The notes: a model not told the origin generated them from the letters alone. A stretch of DNA of 64,000 bases from Alphaproteobacteria bacterium (GCA_965248835.1 CBDFLJ010000001.1:1504001-1568000), one strand, 5' to 3'. Shown: positions 52,875 to 62,739, counted from the stretch's first letter. Numbers and translations are program-made.

Positions 52875-55175
52875 ATGGCCACGATGCTCAAATATGAGGA
52901 GAAGGACCTCAAGGTCGTCGGCACGAGGCCGATCCGCCCGGACGGCGTGGACAAGGTGACCGGCCGCGCCCGCTACGGTGCGGACATCAACCTGCCGGGC
53001 CAGCTCTTCGGCCGGGTGATCAGGAGCCCGCACGCCCATGCGCGGCTGCTGTCGATCGATACCGCGGCGGCCGAAGCGCTGGCGGGCGTCAAGGCGGTGG
53101 TCACGCGCGACGACTTCCCGGAGATGCCGGTCGAGTACGCGGCTGCGGGCGAGCTGATCGTCAATTTCCGCGACGTGACCCGCAACATGATGGCGCGCGA
53201 GAAGGTGCTCTATGACGGCCACCCCGTGGCGGCGGTCGCTGCAATCTCCGATGCTATCGCGCGCAAGGCGCTCAAGCTGATCAGGGTCGAATACGAAGTG
53301 CTGCCGCATGTCATCGACGTGGTCGACGCGATGAAGGACGATGCGCCGCTGCTGCACGAGGACCAGATCACCATCGGCGTCGAGCCGCCGCCCGACAGGC
53401 CCTCCAACATCGCCAAGCGAGTCCAGTTCGCAACCGGCGACATCGAGGCCGGCTTCCGGGAGGCCGACCTGGTCATCGAGCGCGAGTTCCACACCAAGCC
53501 GGTCCACCAGGGCTATATCGAGCCGCAGGCTTCGATCGCCACCTACAGCGAGGACGGCCAGGTCGAGCTGTGGACGGCGACCCAGGGCCATTTCGTCATC
53601 CGCGCGCAATGCGCGAAGCTGCTGCAGATGGACATCTCCAAGATCCGCGTCATCCCGACCGAGCTCGGCGGCGGGTTCGGCGGAAAGAACAACGTCTATC
53701 TCGAGCCGCTCGCCATCGCGCTGTCCAAGAAATCCAACCGGCCGGTCAAGATGGTGATGAGCCGCGAGGACGTGTTCCGCTCGACCGGACCGACCTCGGG
53801 CGCGCATACCCGCATCAAGATGGGCTGCACCAGAGACGGCCGCATCACCGCGGCGGAAGCCCAGCTCGACTTCCAGGCCGGCGCCTTCCCCGGCTCCTCG
53901 GTGCCGATGGCCTCGATGTGTGCGTTCACCCGCTACGATCTGGAGAACGTCAAGGTCGTCGGCAACGACGTGACGGTCAACCGGCCCAAGGTTGCGGCCT
54001 ATCGCGCGCCGGGCGCGCCGATCGCGGTCTTCGGCGTCGAGAGCATCCTCGACGAGATGGCGCGCGCGTTCGATATCGATCCGATCGACATCCGGCTCAA
54101 GAACGCCGCCAAGGAAGGCACCAAGGCCTATTACGGCCCGACCTTGGGCCCGATCGGCTATATCGCGACGCTGGAGAGGGCCAAGGCGCACCCGCAGCTC
54201 AGCATCCCGCTCGGCCCCAACCAGGGCCGCGGCATCGCCACCGGTTTCTGGTTCAACATCGGCAACGAGACCACCTCGGCGCTGAACGTGAACGAGGATG
54301 GCACGGTCGCGCTGATGATGGGCACCATCGATGTCGCGGGCGGCAGCCGGGCGGCGATGGCGATGATGGTGGCCGAGGAACTCGGCGTCGACGTCGACAA
54401 GGTCCGGGTGAGCATCGGCGATACCTCGGCGCTCGGCTTCAACTTCGTCACCGCCGGCAGCCGCGGGACCTTCGCCTCGGGCATGGCTGCGGTGATCGCC
54501 GCCCGCCAGGCGATCGACACGCTGCGCGCACGCGCTGCCCAGATCTGGGAGGTGCCGGTCGACGGTGTCGTCTGGGAGGACGGCCACGCACGGCCGGCGA
54601 GCTCCAATGTCGGCGAGTTCGAGCCGATGTCGATCGGCGATATCGCGCGCGTCGCCGGCAAGACCGGTGGGCCGATCGCCGGCCACGCCGAGATCAACGC
54701 CCAGGGTGCCGGACCCGGCTTCGGCACCCATATCGTCGATGTCGAGGTCGACACCAGGACAGGGCTGGTCAAGATTCTGCGCTACGTCGTCATCCAGGAC
54801 ACCGGCAAGGCCATCCACCCGGCCTATGTCGAAGGCCAGTTCCAGGGCGGTGCGGTCCAGGGCATCGGCTGGGCGCTCAACGAGGAATATATCTACGACA
54901 AGGACGGTCGGCTGGAGAACCCGGGCTTCCTCGACTACCGCGTGCCGGTCGCCTCGGACGTGCCCTTCATCGACACCGAGATCGTCGAGGTGCCCAACCC
55001 CAACCATCCCTACGGCGTGCGCGGCATCGGCGAGGTGCCGATCATCCCACCCATAGCCGCGATCTCGAACGCGATCCATGACGCGATCGGCATCCGGCTT
55101 CGCGAACAGCCGATGTCCCCGCCCAAGGTCCTCAAGGCCATCGGCGAGAACGGCGCGGGGCAGGGGGCGCGGTAG
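52875..55175 (+). CDS. Molybdenum hydroxylase molybdopterin-binding (L) subunit, xanthine dehydrogenase family
   Basis: KVTGRARY, GGGFGGK, AYRAPG, EGQFQGG and RGIGE (catalytic Glu). Confidence 0.93.
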   Translation: MATMLKYEEKDLKVVGTRPIRPDGVDKVTGRARYGADINLPGQLFGRVIRSPHAHARLLSIDTAAAEALAGVKAVVTRDDFPEMPVEYAAAGELIVNFRDVTRNMMAREKVLYDGHPVAAVAAISDAIARKALKLIRVEYEVLPHVIDVVDAMKDDAPLLHEDQITIGVEPPPDRPSNIAKRVQFATGDIEAGFREADLVIEREFHTKPVHQGYIEPQASIATYSEDGQVELWTATQGHFVIRAQCAKLLQMDISKIRVIPTELGGGFGGKNNVYLEPLAIALSKKSNRPVKMVMSREDVFRSTGPTSGAHTRIKMGCTRDGRITAAEAQLDFQAGAFPGSSVPMASMCAFTRYDLENVKVVGNDVTVNRPKVAAYRAPGAPIAVFGVESILDEMARAFDIDPIDIRLKNAAKEGTKAYYGPTLGPIGYIATLERAKAHPQLSIPLGPNQGRGIATGFWFNIGNETTSALNVNEDGTVALMMGTIDVAGGSRAAMAMMVAEELGVDVDKVRVSIGDTSALGFNFVTAGSRGTFASGMAAVIAARQAIDTLRARAAQIWEVPVDGVVWEDGHARPASSNVGEFEPMSIGDIARVAGKTGGPIAGHAEINAQGAGPGFGTHIVDVEVDTRTGLVKILRYVVIQDTGKAIHPAYVEGQFQGGAVQGIGWALNEEYIYDKDGRLENPGFLDYRVPVASDVPFIDTEIVEVPNPNHPYGVRGIGEVPIIPPIAAISNAIHDAIGIRLREQPMSPPKVLKAIGENGAGQGAR

Positions 55176-55233
55176 CTTGGACGGCGGCCCCGGGGCCCGG
55201 GGAAAGACCTCTGCGGGCTGACCCGCGGCCGGC

Positions 55234-55812
55234 TCAGACGGCGAGCGCTACCAGCTCCAGGCCGCGGTGGGTGTCGTCGGTGGTCCCGGTCTCCGGGAAG
55301 AAGCGGTTCTGGTTGTAGCCGCCGGGCCGGTCGCTGCGCACGGTGACGGCGACCGAGCGCTCGGCCGCACCCCATTCCGAATGCGGTACCCAAGGGCCGA
55401 TCACATCGACATGGCCGGTCGGCGCCTCGTGGCGGTCGATCAGCTCGAGCGTCGCCTTGCCCGGGGTCTTGCCGCCGTCGGTGCGCTGATAGACATGGGT
55501 GATCTCCGCCCCGTCGAGCACGCCGTAGACGGTCCAGGTATGGGCGTGGTCGTGGATGACGGCCCTGTGGTTCGGCTCGCGCACCAGGGCGCCGACGAAG
55601 AAGCCGTGATCGGTATCGTGGTGGAGGACGTATTCGCGGCCCTTCTTCGCCGTCCAGGCCCGCGAGGCCTGGCGCATCTCCCGGTCGGCGACCAGCGTCC
55701 GGAGCAGGTCCCTGACGCCCTTCCAATGATCGTCTTCGGGCAGGCCGGCGGCGAAATGCGCGCGCAGGTCATCGATGAAGCGGGAAAAGGCGGGGACCGC
55801 GTAGCGCGCCAT
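55234..55812 (-). CDS. Cysteine-dioxygenase-like cupin
   Basis: IHDH..W..YGVLDGAE and PHSE (three-His site). GGAGG RBS before MARYAV. Confidence 0.72.
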   Translation of the reverse strand: MARYAVPAFSRFIDDLRAHFAAGLPEDDHWKGVRDLLRTLVADREMRQASRAWTAKKGREYVLHHDTDHGFFVGALVREPNHRAVIHDHAHTWTVYGVLDGAEITHVYQRTDGGKTPGKATLELIDRHEAPTGHVDVIGPWVPHSEWGAAERSVAVTVRSDRPGGYNQNRFFPETGTTDDTHRGLELVALAV

Positions 55813-55828
55813 CGTTTGCCTCCTGTCG

Positions 55829-55851
55829 GACCGGACCGACGCGGTCCGGTC
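55829..55851. other. Intergenic stem-loop GACCGGACCG-ACG-CGGTCCGGTC
   Basis: Perfect 10-bp stem with no U-tract, between co-oriented genes and just upstream of the cupin RBS. Possible mRNA stability or processing element. Confidence 0.45.
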
Positions 55852-55861
55852 GGAACATGGT

Positions 55862-57049
55862 CTATACCAGCGGGTTGGTCGGCTGCAGGCCGAAGGCGAC
55901 CTGGCCGTAGATAGGCCCGGAAATGTCCCAGCTATTGATGTGGTGGGCGCCGATTGCGTGGATGTCGGCGTGCATCCGGCGCATCGCGTTGCCGTCGAAA
56001 AGACCGTTCGCGCCGACGGCCTGGAACAGCCGGTCGGCCGCACGCATGCACAGCACCGCCACATAGGCCATGTCGCGCCGGTTGCGGGCGCGCTGATCGA
56101 GGTCGAGGCGGCCGGCCTCGTGCATGCTCGTCATGGTCTCCTGCGTCGCGCGCCGGAGCAGCAGCCGCGCACAGTCCCGCTCGGCGCTGGACTCGGCCAG
56201 CCGGAGCTGCATCGTCGTCAACTCGGCGTGGCGGAAGCCGCGGGTTGCGCGTTCCTGCGTCCGCTCGGTAAAGCCCTCGATCATCGCATCCAGGATACCG
56301 ATCGCCGGTGCGGCGAGCGAAAACGGCACCGTGGCGATCCGCGGCAGGCGGTAGATCGGCCCCGGATTGATCTGCCCGCCCGGCCCTGCGCCCGCGTTGA
56401 ACAGCGCGACCGGTTGGGCGCGATGCGCGGGCACGAACGCAGCCTCGATAACGATGTCCTTGCTGCCGGTCCCGACCAGCCCGGACACGAACCAGCTATC
56501 GATGATCTCGTAGTCTCGGCGCGGCAGCAGGAAATAGGCCGGCGTGGGCGCCGCCTCCTCGCCCTCCGGCGGGATCGCGCTCTGGACGAACACCCAGGCG
56601 GCGTGATCGCAGCCGCTGGAAAACTGCCAGCGGCCGGACAGGTGGAAGCCGCCTTCGACGCGCTCGGCGCGGCCGGCGGGCATCAGGCCTGAGCAGACCA
56701 GCGCCTCCGGATCGTCGGACCAGATCTCGTCCTGTGCCTCGGCCGGCATCATCCCCATGGTGATCGCGTGGTCGCAAAAGATGCCGAAGACCCACGCCGT
56801 CGAGCCGCAGCCGCGCCCCAGCCGCGAGATGATCTCGATCACCGCATCGAGGTCGAGCTCGAATCCGCCGTAGCGCCCCGGCCGCGCCGCCTTCAGCAGG
56901 TCGGCCTGGACGAGGTCCGCGATCGACCGGTCGGGGACGCGGCGCAGGGTCTCGGTCTCGGCCACCCGCTCGGCCAGTCCCGGCACCAGCGCCTCGGCGC
57001 GCTGGAGCAGCATCCGCGCCAGCGCGGCCTTGTCGGGAATGGCGTCCAT
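55862..57049 (-). CDS. Acyl-CoA-dehydrogenase-fold flavin-dependent monooxygenase (HsaA/C2-HpaH type)
   Basis: GCGSTAW, GRWQFSSGCDHA, SWFVSGLVGTGS and DIHAIGAH. Start at MDAIPD. Confidence 0.88.
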   Translation of the reverse strand: MDAIPDKAALARMLLQRAEALVPGLAERVAETETLRRVPDRSIADLVQADLLKAARPGRYGGFELDLDAVIEIISRLGRGCGSTAWVFGIFCDHAITMGMMPAEAQDEIWSDDPEALVCSGLMPAGRAERVEGGFHLSGRWQFSSGCDHAAWVFVQSAIPPEGEEAAPTPAYFLLPRRDYEIIDSWFVSGLVGTGSKDIVIEAAFVPAHRAQPVALFNAGAGPGGQINPGPIYRLPRIATVPFSLAAPAIGILDAMIEGFTERTQERATRGFRHAELTTMQLRLAESSAERDCARLLLRRATQETMTSMHEAGRLDLDQRARNRRDMAYVAVLCMRAADRLFQAVGANGLFDGNAMRRMHADIHAIGAHHINSWDISGPIYGQVAFGLQPTNPLV

Positions 57050-57211
57050 CGGCGGTCTCCTGTGTCCCCGCTGGGGGCGCTCAAGTTGATCCTGACCCGG
57101 CGATGCGGTCGGTTGACCATAGCACGAGTTCACCTGGAAGGGTCGCAGTCACCGGCCCGCACAACGGCTTGGAGATTGCCGCCGCCGGCATTTGCGCTAC
57201 GCTGGAGCGCG

Positions 57212-58279
57212 ATGAAAGCGATCCTGATGCGAGCGTTCGGCGGACCGGACGTCCTGGTTCAGGCCGATGTGCCTGCACCCGAGCCGGCATCCGACGAGGT
57301 GGTGGTCGCGGTCCGCGCGGTGTCGATCAACCGGTCCTTCGACCTTCTGGTCCGCCGCGACGGCAACAGCCGGAATGTGGCCTTGCCGCACGTGCTGGGC
57401 GCCGACCCGGCCGGCACCGTTCACCGTGTCGGTGCCGCGGTCGCGGGCTTCGCACCGGGCGATCCGGTGGTCGCAGCCTCCTCGATCCGCTGCGGCACCT
57501 GCCGGGAATGCCGGGCCGGTGACGAATCCTCCTGTCGCCGGCCTTCGCATATCGGAGTCCACCGCTGGGGCGGCTACGCCGAGCTGGTGGCCGTCCCGGC
57601 CGCGAGCGTCCACCGAATCCCCGGCGGGCTGAGCTTCGCCGAGGCCTGCGTGATCACCCGCCACGCCCCGGCCGCGTTCAACCAGCTCGTCGACAAGGCC
57701 GGGGTCGAGCCGGGCGAATGGGTCCTGGTGATGGGCGCGGCCGGCGCCTTGGGGAACTGCTGCGTCCAGGTCGCCAAGCATCTGGGGGCCCGGGTGATCG
57801 CCGCCGCCGGCGCGGATGCGCGCGTCCGCGCCGCGCTGGCGCTCGGTGCCGACCACGGCATCAATTACCGCACCCAGGACCTGGAAGCCGAGGTACGCGC
57901 GATCACCGACGGCGAGGGGGCCGACGTGGTCTGCGAGAACATCGGCGATCCCGGTCTGTGGGCCGGCGCTTTTGAGAGCCTCGCCCAGCGCGGCCGGCTG
58001 GTGACCATGGGCGCGCACGGCGGCGGCAGGGTCGCGCTCGACGTGCGCAAGCTCTACGGCCGCCGTTTGCGGCTCATCGGCTCGGCCGGCGTCAGCCGGC
58101 GGAATATCGACCAGGCCCTGGAGGCCGGCGCCTCGGGCGCGGTCAAGGCGCTGATCGATTCGATCCACCCCCTGGAACAGGCCGCCCTGCTCCACCGCCG
58201 GCTCGAAGACGATCCCGATGTCCTCGGCAAGATCATCCTCGATCCGGGACTGTCCAACCCTGCGGGAGATGCCCGATGA
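57212..58279 (+). CDS. MDR/zinc-binding dehydrogenase family oxidoreductase
   Basis: FGGPDVL, CGTCREC...C structural Zn site, GGYAE, GAAGALG and GKIIL. Confidence 0.88.
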   Translation: MKAILMRAFGGPDVLVQADVPAPEPASDEVVVAVRAVSINRSFDLLVRRDGNSRNVALPHVLGADPAGTVHRVGAAVAGFAPGDPVVAASSIRCGTCRECRAGDESSCRRPSHIGVHRWGGYAELVAVPAASVHRIPGGLSFAEACVITRHAPAAFNQLVDKAGVEPGEWVLVMGAAGALGNCCVQVAKHLGARVIAAAGADARVRAALALGADHGINYRTQDLEAEVRAITDGEGADVVCENIGDPGLWAGAFESLAQRGRLVTMGAHGGGRVALDVRKLYGRRLRLIGSAGVSRRNIDQALEAGASGAVKALIDSIHPLEQAALLHRRLEDDPDVLGKIILDPGLSNPAGDAR

Positions 58280-59580
58280 ACCAGGCCGCTTCAACGCAAC
58301 CGATCGCACCGGTCAGCCTCGGCAACGGCCGGGTCCTCTATGCGCCCGGGATGCGGGCCGGCGATTGGGTGTTTGCCACCGGGCACATGGCGCAGGACTA
58401 TGGCGCCGGGATCGCGGCCGCGGTGCTGCGGCCGCGCAGCCCCAATGCCAAGGGCTCCAAACGCGCGCGCGAGGCCGCACGGGTCTTCGACAACGTCGAG
58501 GCCGTGCTCGCGGCCGCCGGCGCCGGGCTCGAGCACATCGTCCGGACCGATCAGTACTACACGACCGTCGCCATGGTGCCGCCGTTTCAGGCCGAGCGGC
58601 GCAAACGCCTGGGTCGGCTGATCCCGCCCAGCACCTCGATCGTCCAGGCCGGTCTGTTGCTGCCGGGCGCCGATCTCGATTGGCAGGTGATCGCGGTCGC
58701 GCCCGGCGGCCCGGCGATCGCGCACATCGACGATGAGGCGCTCCGGGCGCGGCCGACCTCGGGCTACTCGCCGGCGCTCACCGTGGGCGACTTCGTTTTC
58801 GTGCCCGGCAACACCGCGATGGCTCAGGGCGAGGAACCGCGCCGGGACGGCGTCGCGCTGGCCGCTTTGATCGAGCCCGGCCTGCAATGGGGCGGTGAGC
58901 CGATCCGGCGCGAGGCCGAGTTCATCATCACCGAGCGCCTGCTGCCCTCGCTTGCGCTGGCGGGCGTCGGCCCGCAGGACGTGGTCAAGGCGCAGGTCTA
59001 TCTCACCGAGCCCGAGGAATGCGCGGTGCTCGCCGAGGTCTGGCACAGCCATTTCGGCGCGGCCGGGGCCGCCCTGTCGGTCATACCCTGCGCCGCCCGC
59101 GGCCTGGTCTCGCTCGGCGGCAAGATCGAGATCAACGTGCTGGCCCACCGGGGCGGCGCGGCGGCGAAGACCGCCGTCGATGCCGGCGTGGCAACATCCT
59201 TCCACGGCCAGCCCCAGGCGGTCCGCGCCGGCGACCTGCTGTTCCTGTCCGCCCTGCTGGCCATCGACGAAGACGGGCTCTTGCCCGAAGCGGCGGTCGA
59301 TCCGCGCCAGCCCAACCTGACGGACAGCGCCGAGGCCCAGGCGGATGCGATCCTGGAAGCAGCGGACAAGCTGTGCGCCGCCGCGGGCACCTCGCTTGCC
59401 AATGTGGTACGCGCTCAGCAATTCCACATCGACCTCGGTGATTTCCATGCCGTCCATCGCGCCTGGCAACGCCGTCTGCCGGGGCGTCCCATCCCGTACT
59501 CTGCCGTCGAGGTTCCCGGCCCGCTGCCGGTCCCCGGGTGTAGCGTGATGATGGATCTGTGGGTCTATGCGCCCGCGTGA
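58276..59580 (+). CDS. Protein with three tandem RidA/YjgF domains
   Basis: Three repeats of 'xAxxxGDxxFxxG ... AGxxxxxxVrxqxY/F ... xxIxxxA'. ATGA overlap with the dehydrogenase. Confidence 0.82.
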   Translation: MNQAASTQPIAPVSLGNGRVLYAPGMRAGDWVFATGHMAQDYGAGIAAAVLRPRSPNAKGSKRAREAARVFDNVEAVLAAAGAGLEHIVRTDQYYTTVAMVPPFQAERRKRLGRLIPPSTSIVQAGLLLPGADLDWQVIAVAPGGPAIAHIDDEALRARPTSGYSPALTVGDFVFVPGNTAMAQGEEPRRDGVALAALIEPGLQWGGEPIRREAEFIITERLLPSLALAGVGPQDVVKAQVYLTEPEECAVLAEVWHSHFGAAGAALSVIPCAARGLVSLGGKIEINVLAHRGGAAAKTAVDAGVATSFHGQPQAVRAGDLLFLSALLAIDEDGLLPEAAVDPRQPNLTDSAEAQADAILEAADKLCAAAGTSLANVVRAQQFHIDLGDFHAVHRAWQRRLPGRPIPYSAVEVPGPLPVPGCSVMMDLWVYAPA

Positions 59581-59582
59581 TA

Positions 59583-59600
59583 CGCCGCCCTCCGGCGGCG
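59583..59600 (+). terminator. Possible hairpin CGCCGCC-CTCC-GGCGGCG after the RidA gene
   Basis: 7-bp GC stem directly after the stop codon. U-tract is weak. Confidence 0.3.
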
Positions 59601-59642
59601 GGATGTGTTAACAGGAAACGGAAACCAACAAGGAGACCCACC

Positions 59643-60566
59643 ATGCGCCTTGCCGTGCCGGATCTGATCTCGAACTCCTATTTCCCGTCGATCTCGGCGG
59701 TCGAGCTGGGCGACTTCGCCGACCAGGGCCTGGACATGAGCCATGAGCTGATTTTCCCCGTCGACAAGTGCTACGAAGCGCTGCGCGACGGCGAGGTCGA
59801 CTTCATCGGCGGCTCGGCGCACGCCACGCTGTCGGCGTTTCCCGGTTGGCAGGGCGCGAAGCTGCTGTGTGCGCTGTCACAGGGCATGTACTGGTTCCTG
59901 GTCATGCGCGCCGATCTCGGTGTCCGCCGCGGCGATGTCGCGGCGCTCAAGGGCAGGCATATCGGTGCTGCACCCTGGGTCGAGTTCGGCTTGCGGCGCA
60001 TGCTGAAACAAGCGGGTATCGACCCGGAGGTCGACGGGGTCGACATCCGCCCGATCCCCGGCACGGTGAAGCCGGGTGTGAGCTTCGGCGTCACCGCGGC
60101 CAGGGCGCTCGAGGACGGCAAGCTCGACGGGTTCTGGGCCAACGGGATGGGCGCGGAGATCGCGGTGACCCGCGGCGTGGGCACCGTGGTGATCGATGTG
60201 CGCCGCGGCGACGGTCCGGCCCAGGCGTTCAACTACACCCAGCCCGTCCTGGTCACGACCGACAGGATGATCGCCGAGCAGCCGGAGACGGCGGCTGCGG
60301 CGGTGCGCGCGATCATCGCCACACAGAACAGGCTCAAGGCCGACGTGGGCCTTGCCACCGGCATCGGCGAGAAGCTGTTCTCGCCCGACGAGGCCAAGCT
60401 GATCGCCGGCGTGGTCGAGCGCGACCTGCCCTATTACGACCCGGCGATTACCGAGGCGTTCGTCGCCGGCATGAACACGTTCGCCAGCGAGATGGGATTC
60501 CTCGACCGCGCGGTGACCTACGACGACGTTGTCGCGCCCGCGTTCCGCCATCTCTGGCAGGTTTAG
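59643..60566 (+). CDS. Orphan SsuA/NMT1-type solute-binding protein without signal peptide
   Basis: AAGGAG RBS, then MRLAVPDLISNSYFP, LKGRHIGA and ALEDGKLDGFWAN. No permease or ATPase gene nearby. Confidence 0.82.
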   Translation: MRLAVPDLISNSYFPSISAVELGDFADQGLDMSHELIFPVDKCYEALRDGEVDFIGGSAHATLSAFPGWQGAKLLCALSQGMYWFLVMRADLGVRRGDVAALKGRHIGAAPWVEFGLRRMLKQAGIDPEVDGVDIRPIPGTVKPGVSFGVTAARALEDGKLDGFWANGMGAEIAVTRGVGTVVIDVRRGDGPAQAFNYTQPVLVTTDRMIAEQPETAAAAVRAIIATQNRLKADVGLATGIGEKLFSPDEAKLIAGVVERDLPYYDPAITEAFVAGMNTFASEMGFLDRAVTYDDVVAPAFRHLWQV

Positions 60567-60615
60567 AGCAGGGTGCGACCGCGCCGACCCCACTCGCACC
60601 GCCGCCGGTTTCGCG

Positions 60616-61236
60616 CTACTGCATCGGCGAGTACGACGCTGGCAGCATGATCTTGTTGGCCTGGGTGAGGATCGGGTCGGGCCCGTCGCCCTTGGGCGGC
60701 CAGATCCCCTTGGCAAGGCATTCCTCGCGCACCTGGCGGCGGTGCTCGAGGCTCTCGTACGGCCAGATGTGGACGAACTTGTTGAGCACGCCGCATTCGG
60801 TGATCATCGCGATGGCCAGCGGTGAGACCTTCACACGAGCTTCGATCGCCGGCTCCCAGCGCTTGATCAACTCCCCCGCGCCGTTGGCCGTCATCATGTA
60901 TTCGCGCCATTCATAGATCGGGCCGAGCTTGCCGGTCTTCATCGTCGGCGTGAACGGCAGCGGCGTGAAGATCTCCGACTGCATCGTCTCCAGCACGTGG
61001 GAGACCTTGGGCGGCCAGTTGGGGTCCTTCATCGACTCCACGCGGATGCTCTCGCGCTTGCCCAGATTCTCGTAGGGCCAGATGTGGCAGACCTGGTTGA
61101 GCTCGCCGATCTCGGAATAGAGCATGCCGACGATCGGCGAGATCTTGCTGCGGCTCTGGTAGCCCTCCTCGAACAGCTTGAGGAATTCCGGCACTTTTCC
61201 GCGGACGGTCCGGTAGGTCCTGGCTTCATAGATCAT
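60616..61236 (-). CDS. NIPSNAP family protein (two domains)
   Basis: Two repeats of IYExRxY...HIWPYE. Ends with PASYSPMQ. Confidence 0.9.
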   Translation of the reverse strand: MIYEARTYRTVRGKVPEFLKLFEEGYQSRSKISPIVGMLYSEIGELNQVCHIWPYENLGKRESIRVESMKDPNWPPKVSHVLETMQSEIFTPLPFTPTMKTGKLGPIYEWREYMMTANGAGELIKRWEPAIEARVKVSPLAIAMITECGVLNKFVHIWPYESLEHRRQVREECLAKGIWPPKGDGPDPILTQANKIMLPASYSPMQ

Positions 61237-61267
61237 CGTGGCGTCCTTTCGATCGAAGGTTCCGATT

Positions 61268-62335
61268 TCAGAGAAGGTTGTTTCCGCCGAACCGCTCGCG
61301 CCAGCGCGGCAGGACGTCCGGGTTCACGACATGTTTGGGGACCTCGCCGCGCAGCGCCGCGAAGACAGCCCGTTCGACCCAGGGGACCGCGACCTGCAGA
61401 CCGGTGCCGTGGTTGTTGGAGACCATGTGCGGCGACAGGATCACCTTCTCGCCCAGGCCCAGCAGCGGGGTCTGGGGATCGGGCGGCTCCTCGGGCAGGA
61501 CGTCGAGCGCGGCGCCGGCGATGCGCTCGCGCTGGAGCGCGTCGAACAGCGCATCGATATCGACGATCCGGCCGCGCGCGGCATTGATCAGCACCGCGCC
61601 CGGCTTCATCAGGCCGAGTTCGCGCTCGCCGATCAGGTTCTCGGTCTCGCGGGTCAGGTTGCAGTGCACGGTGACGACATCGGATTCGGCGAGCAGCGTC
61701 TCGAGGTCGACCCGGCGAACGTTGTGATGAACGAACCGCGCGTCCTCGACATAGGGATCGCAGGCGATCAGCCCGACCCGCCAGGGCCCCAGGAGATCCG
61801 CCAGCCGCGAGCCGATGCGCCCCAGCCCGATTATGCCCACCGTAATCCCCGCATAGCCGTCGATCTGGCGCGCACCCAGATAGGTGCCGCGGAGCGCGGG
61901 ATCGCGCCAGCCGCCTTCCTTCACGTGCCGGTCGCGCTCGCGCACCTTCTTCAACAGCGCCAGCATGAACGCCATGGCGCCTTCGGCGACGCCGCCCCAG
62001 TTGCTCTCGGTCGGGCTATGCACCACGCAGACTCCCCGCGCCGTCGCCGCATCCACATCGACGTTGTCGTAGCCGACGGTGTATTTGGCGATCATCCGCA
62101 GGTCCGGCGCGCTGTCGAGCGAGCGAGCGGTGATCAGCTTGGCCCGGCTCGCCACCCCGATGCCGGCGACCGTCGCCGGGTCGAACACGAGCTCTTCCGA
62201 AGCACCGCGCTGGTTCGCGGCCTGATCCCAGGTCTCGGCCGGCATTTCGAGCGCGATCCCGGCCGCCCGCATCCGGTCATAGGACGCGCCGGTCTCGTCG
62301 ACAGCCTGGTAGACCCTGACCAGAGGCTTTGCCAT
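61268..62335 (-). CDS. D-isomer-specific 2-hydroxyacid dehydrogenase
   Basis: VGYDNVD, GLGRIG, INAARG, LDVLPEEP and SPH. Confidence 0.9.
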   Translation of the reverse strand: MAKPLVRVYQAVDETGASYDRMRAAGIALEMPAETWDQAANQRGASEELVFDPATVAGIGVASRAKLITARSLDSAPDLRMIAKYTVGYDNVDVDAATARGVCVVHSPTESNWGGVAEGAMAFMLALLKKVRERDRHVKEGGWRDPALRGTYLGARQIDGYAGITVGIIGLGRIGSRLADLLGPWRVGLIACDPYVEDARFVHHNVRRVDLETLLAESDVVTVHCNLTRETENLIGERELGLMKPGAVLINAARGRIVDIDALFDALQRERIAGAALDVLPEEPPDPQTPLLGLGEKVILSPHMVSNNHGTGLQVAVPWVERAVFAALRGEVPKHVVNPDVLPRWRERFGGNNLL

Positions 62336-62346
62336 CGTCCGGCGCC

Positions 62347-62739
62347 TCAGCCGGTGCCCGGCTGGTCGGAAACATGGGCGCAGACGATCCGCCAGCCTTC
62401 GGGCATGCGCACCCAGGTCTGGCTCTGTCGGCTGATCGTCGTCTCCCCGCGGCGAACCGCCTCGGTGTTGGCGGTCGCCACGTCCCGGCCGAAGGTCGTG
62501 ATGATGGTGTTCTGCAGGGTGCGATCCACGCCTGTGATGTCGCGGCCCCGCCTGAAGCCGTCGATCGCGGCGTGGCTCAGCAGCGTCCCGTTGGGCCCGT
62601 AGCGCAGCGTCAGCTCGCTGTCCCAGAACAGCTCGGCCAGCGTGTCCAGGTCGTTGACCGCAAGCGCCGCCTCGTAGCGGTTGAACGCCTCGGTCGCCTC
62701 GGCGAGGACCTCAGGGATATTGATCTGGTAGCTGCTCAT
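62347..62739 (-). CDS. AtzH/HpxZ-like (DUF3225, NTF2-fold) protein
   Basis: INIPEVLAE, YEAAL..ND, ITTFGRD, RQSQTWVR and WRIVCAHVS. Confidence 0.88.
   Translation of the reverse strand: MSSYQINIPEVLAEATEAFNRYEAALAVNDLDTLAELFWDSELTLRYGPNGTLLSHAAIDGFRRGRDITGVDRTLQNTIITTFGRDVATANTEAVRRGETTISRQSQTWVRMPEGWRIVCAHVSDQPGTG

Noticed and set aside
52875-55175. Aerobic CO dehydrogenase (MSL order, coxG in window)
   Set aside because: The active-site loop is AYRAPG and lacks the Cu-binding Cys of AYxCSFR.
57212-58279. Loss of catalytic Zn ligands (GHE to GAD) in the MDR enzyme
   Set aside because: Common in quinone/enoyl-reductase-type MDR subfamilies, so not remarkable.
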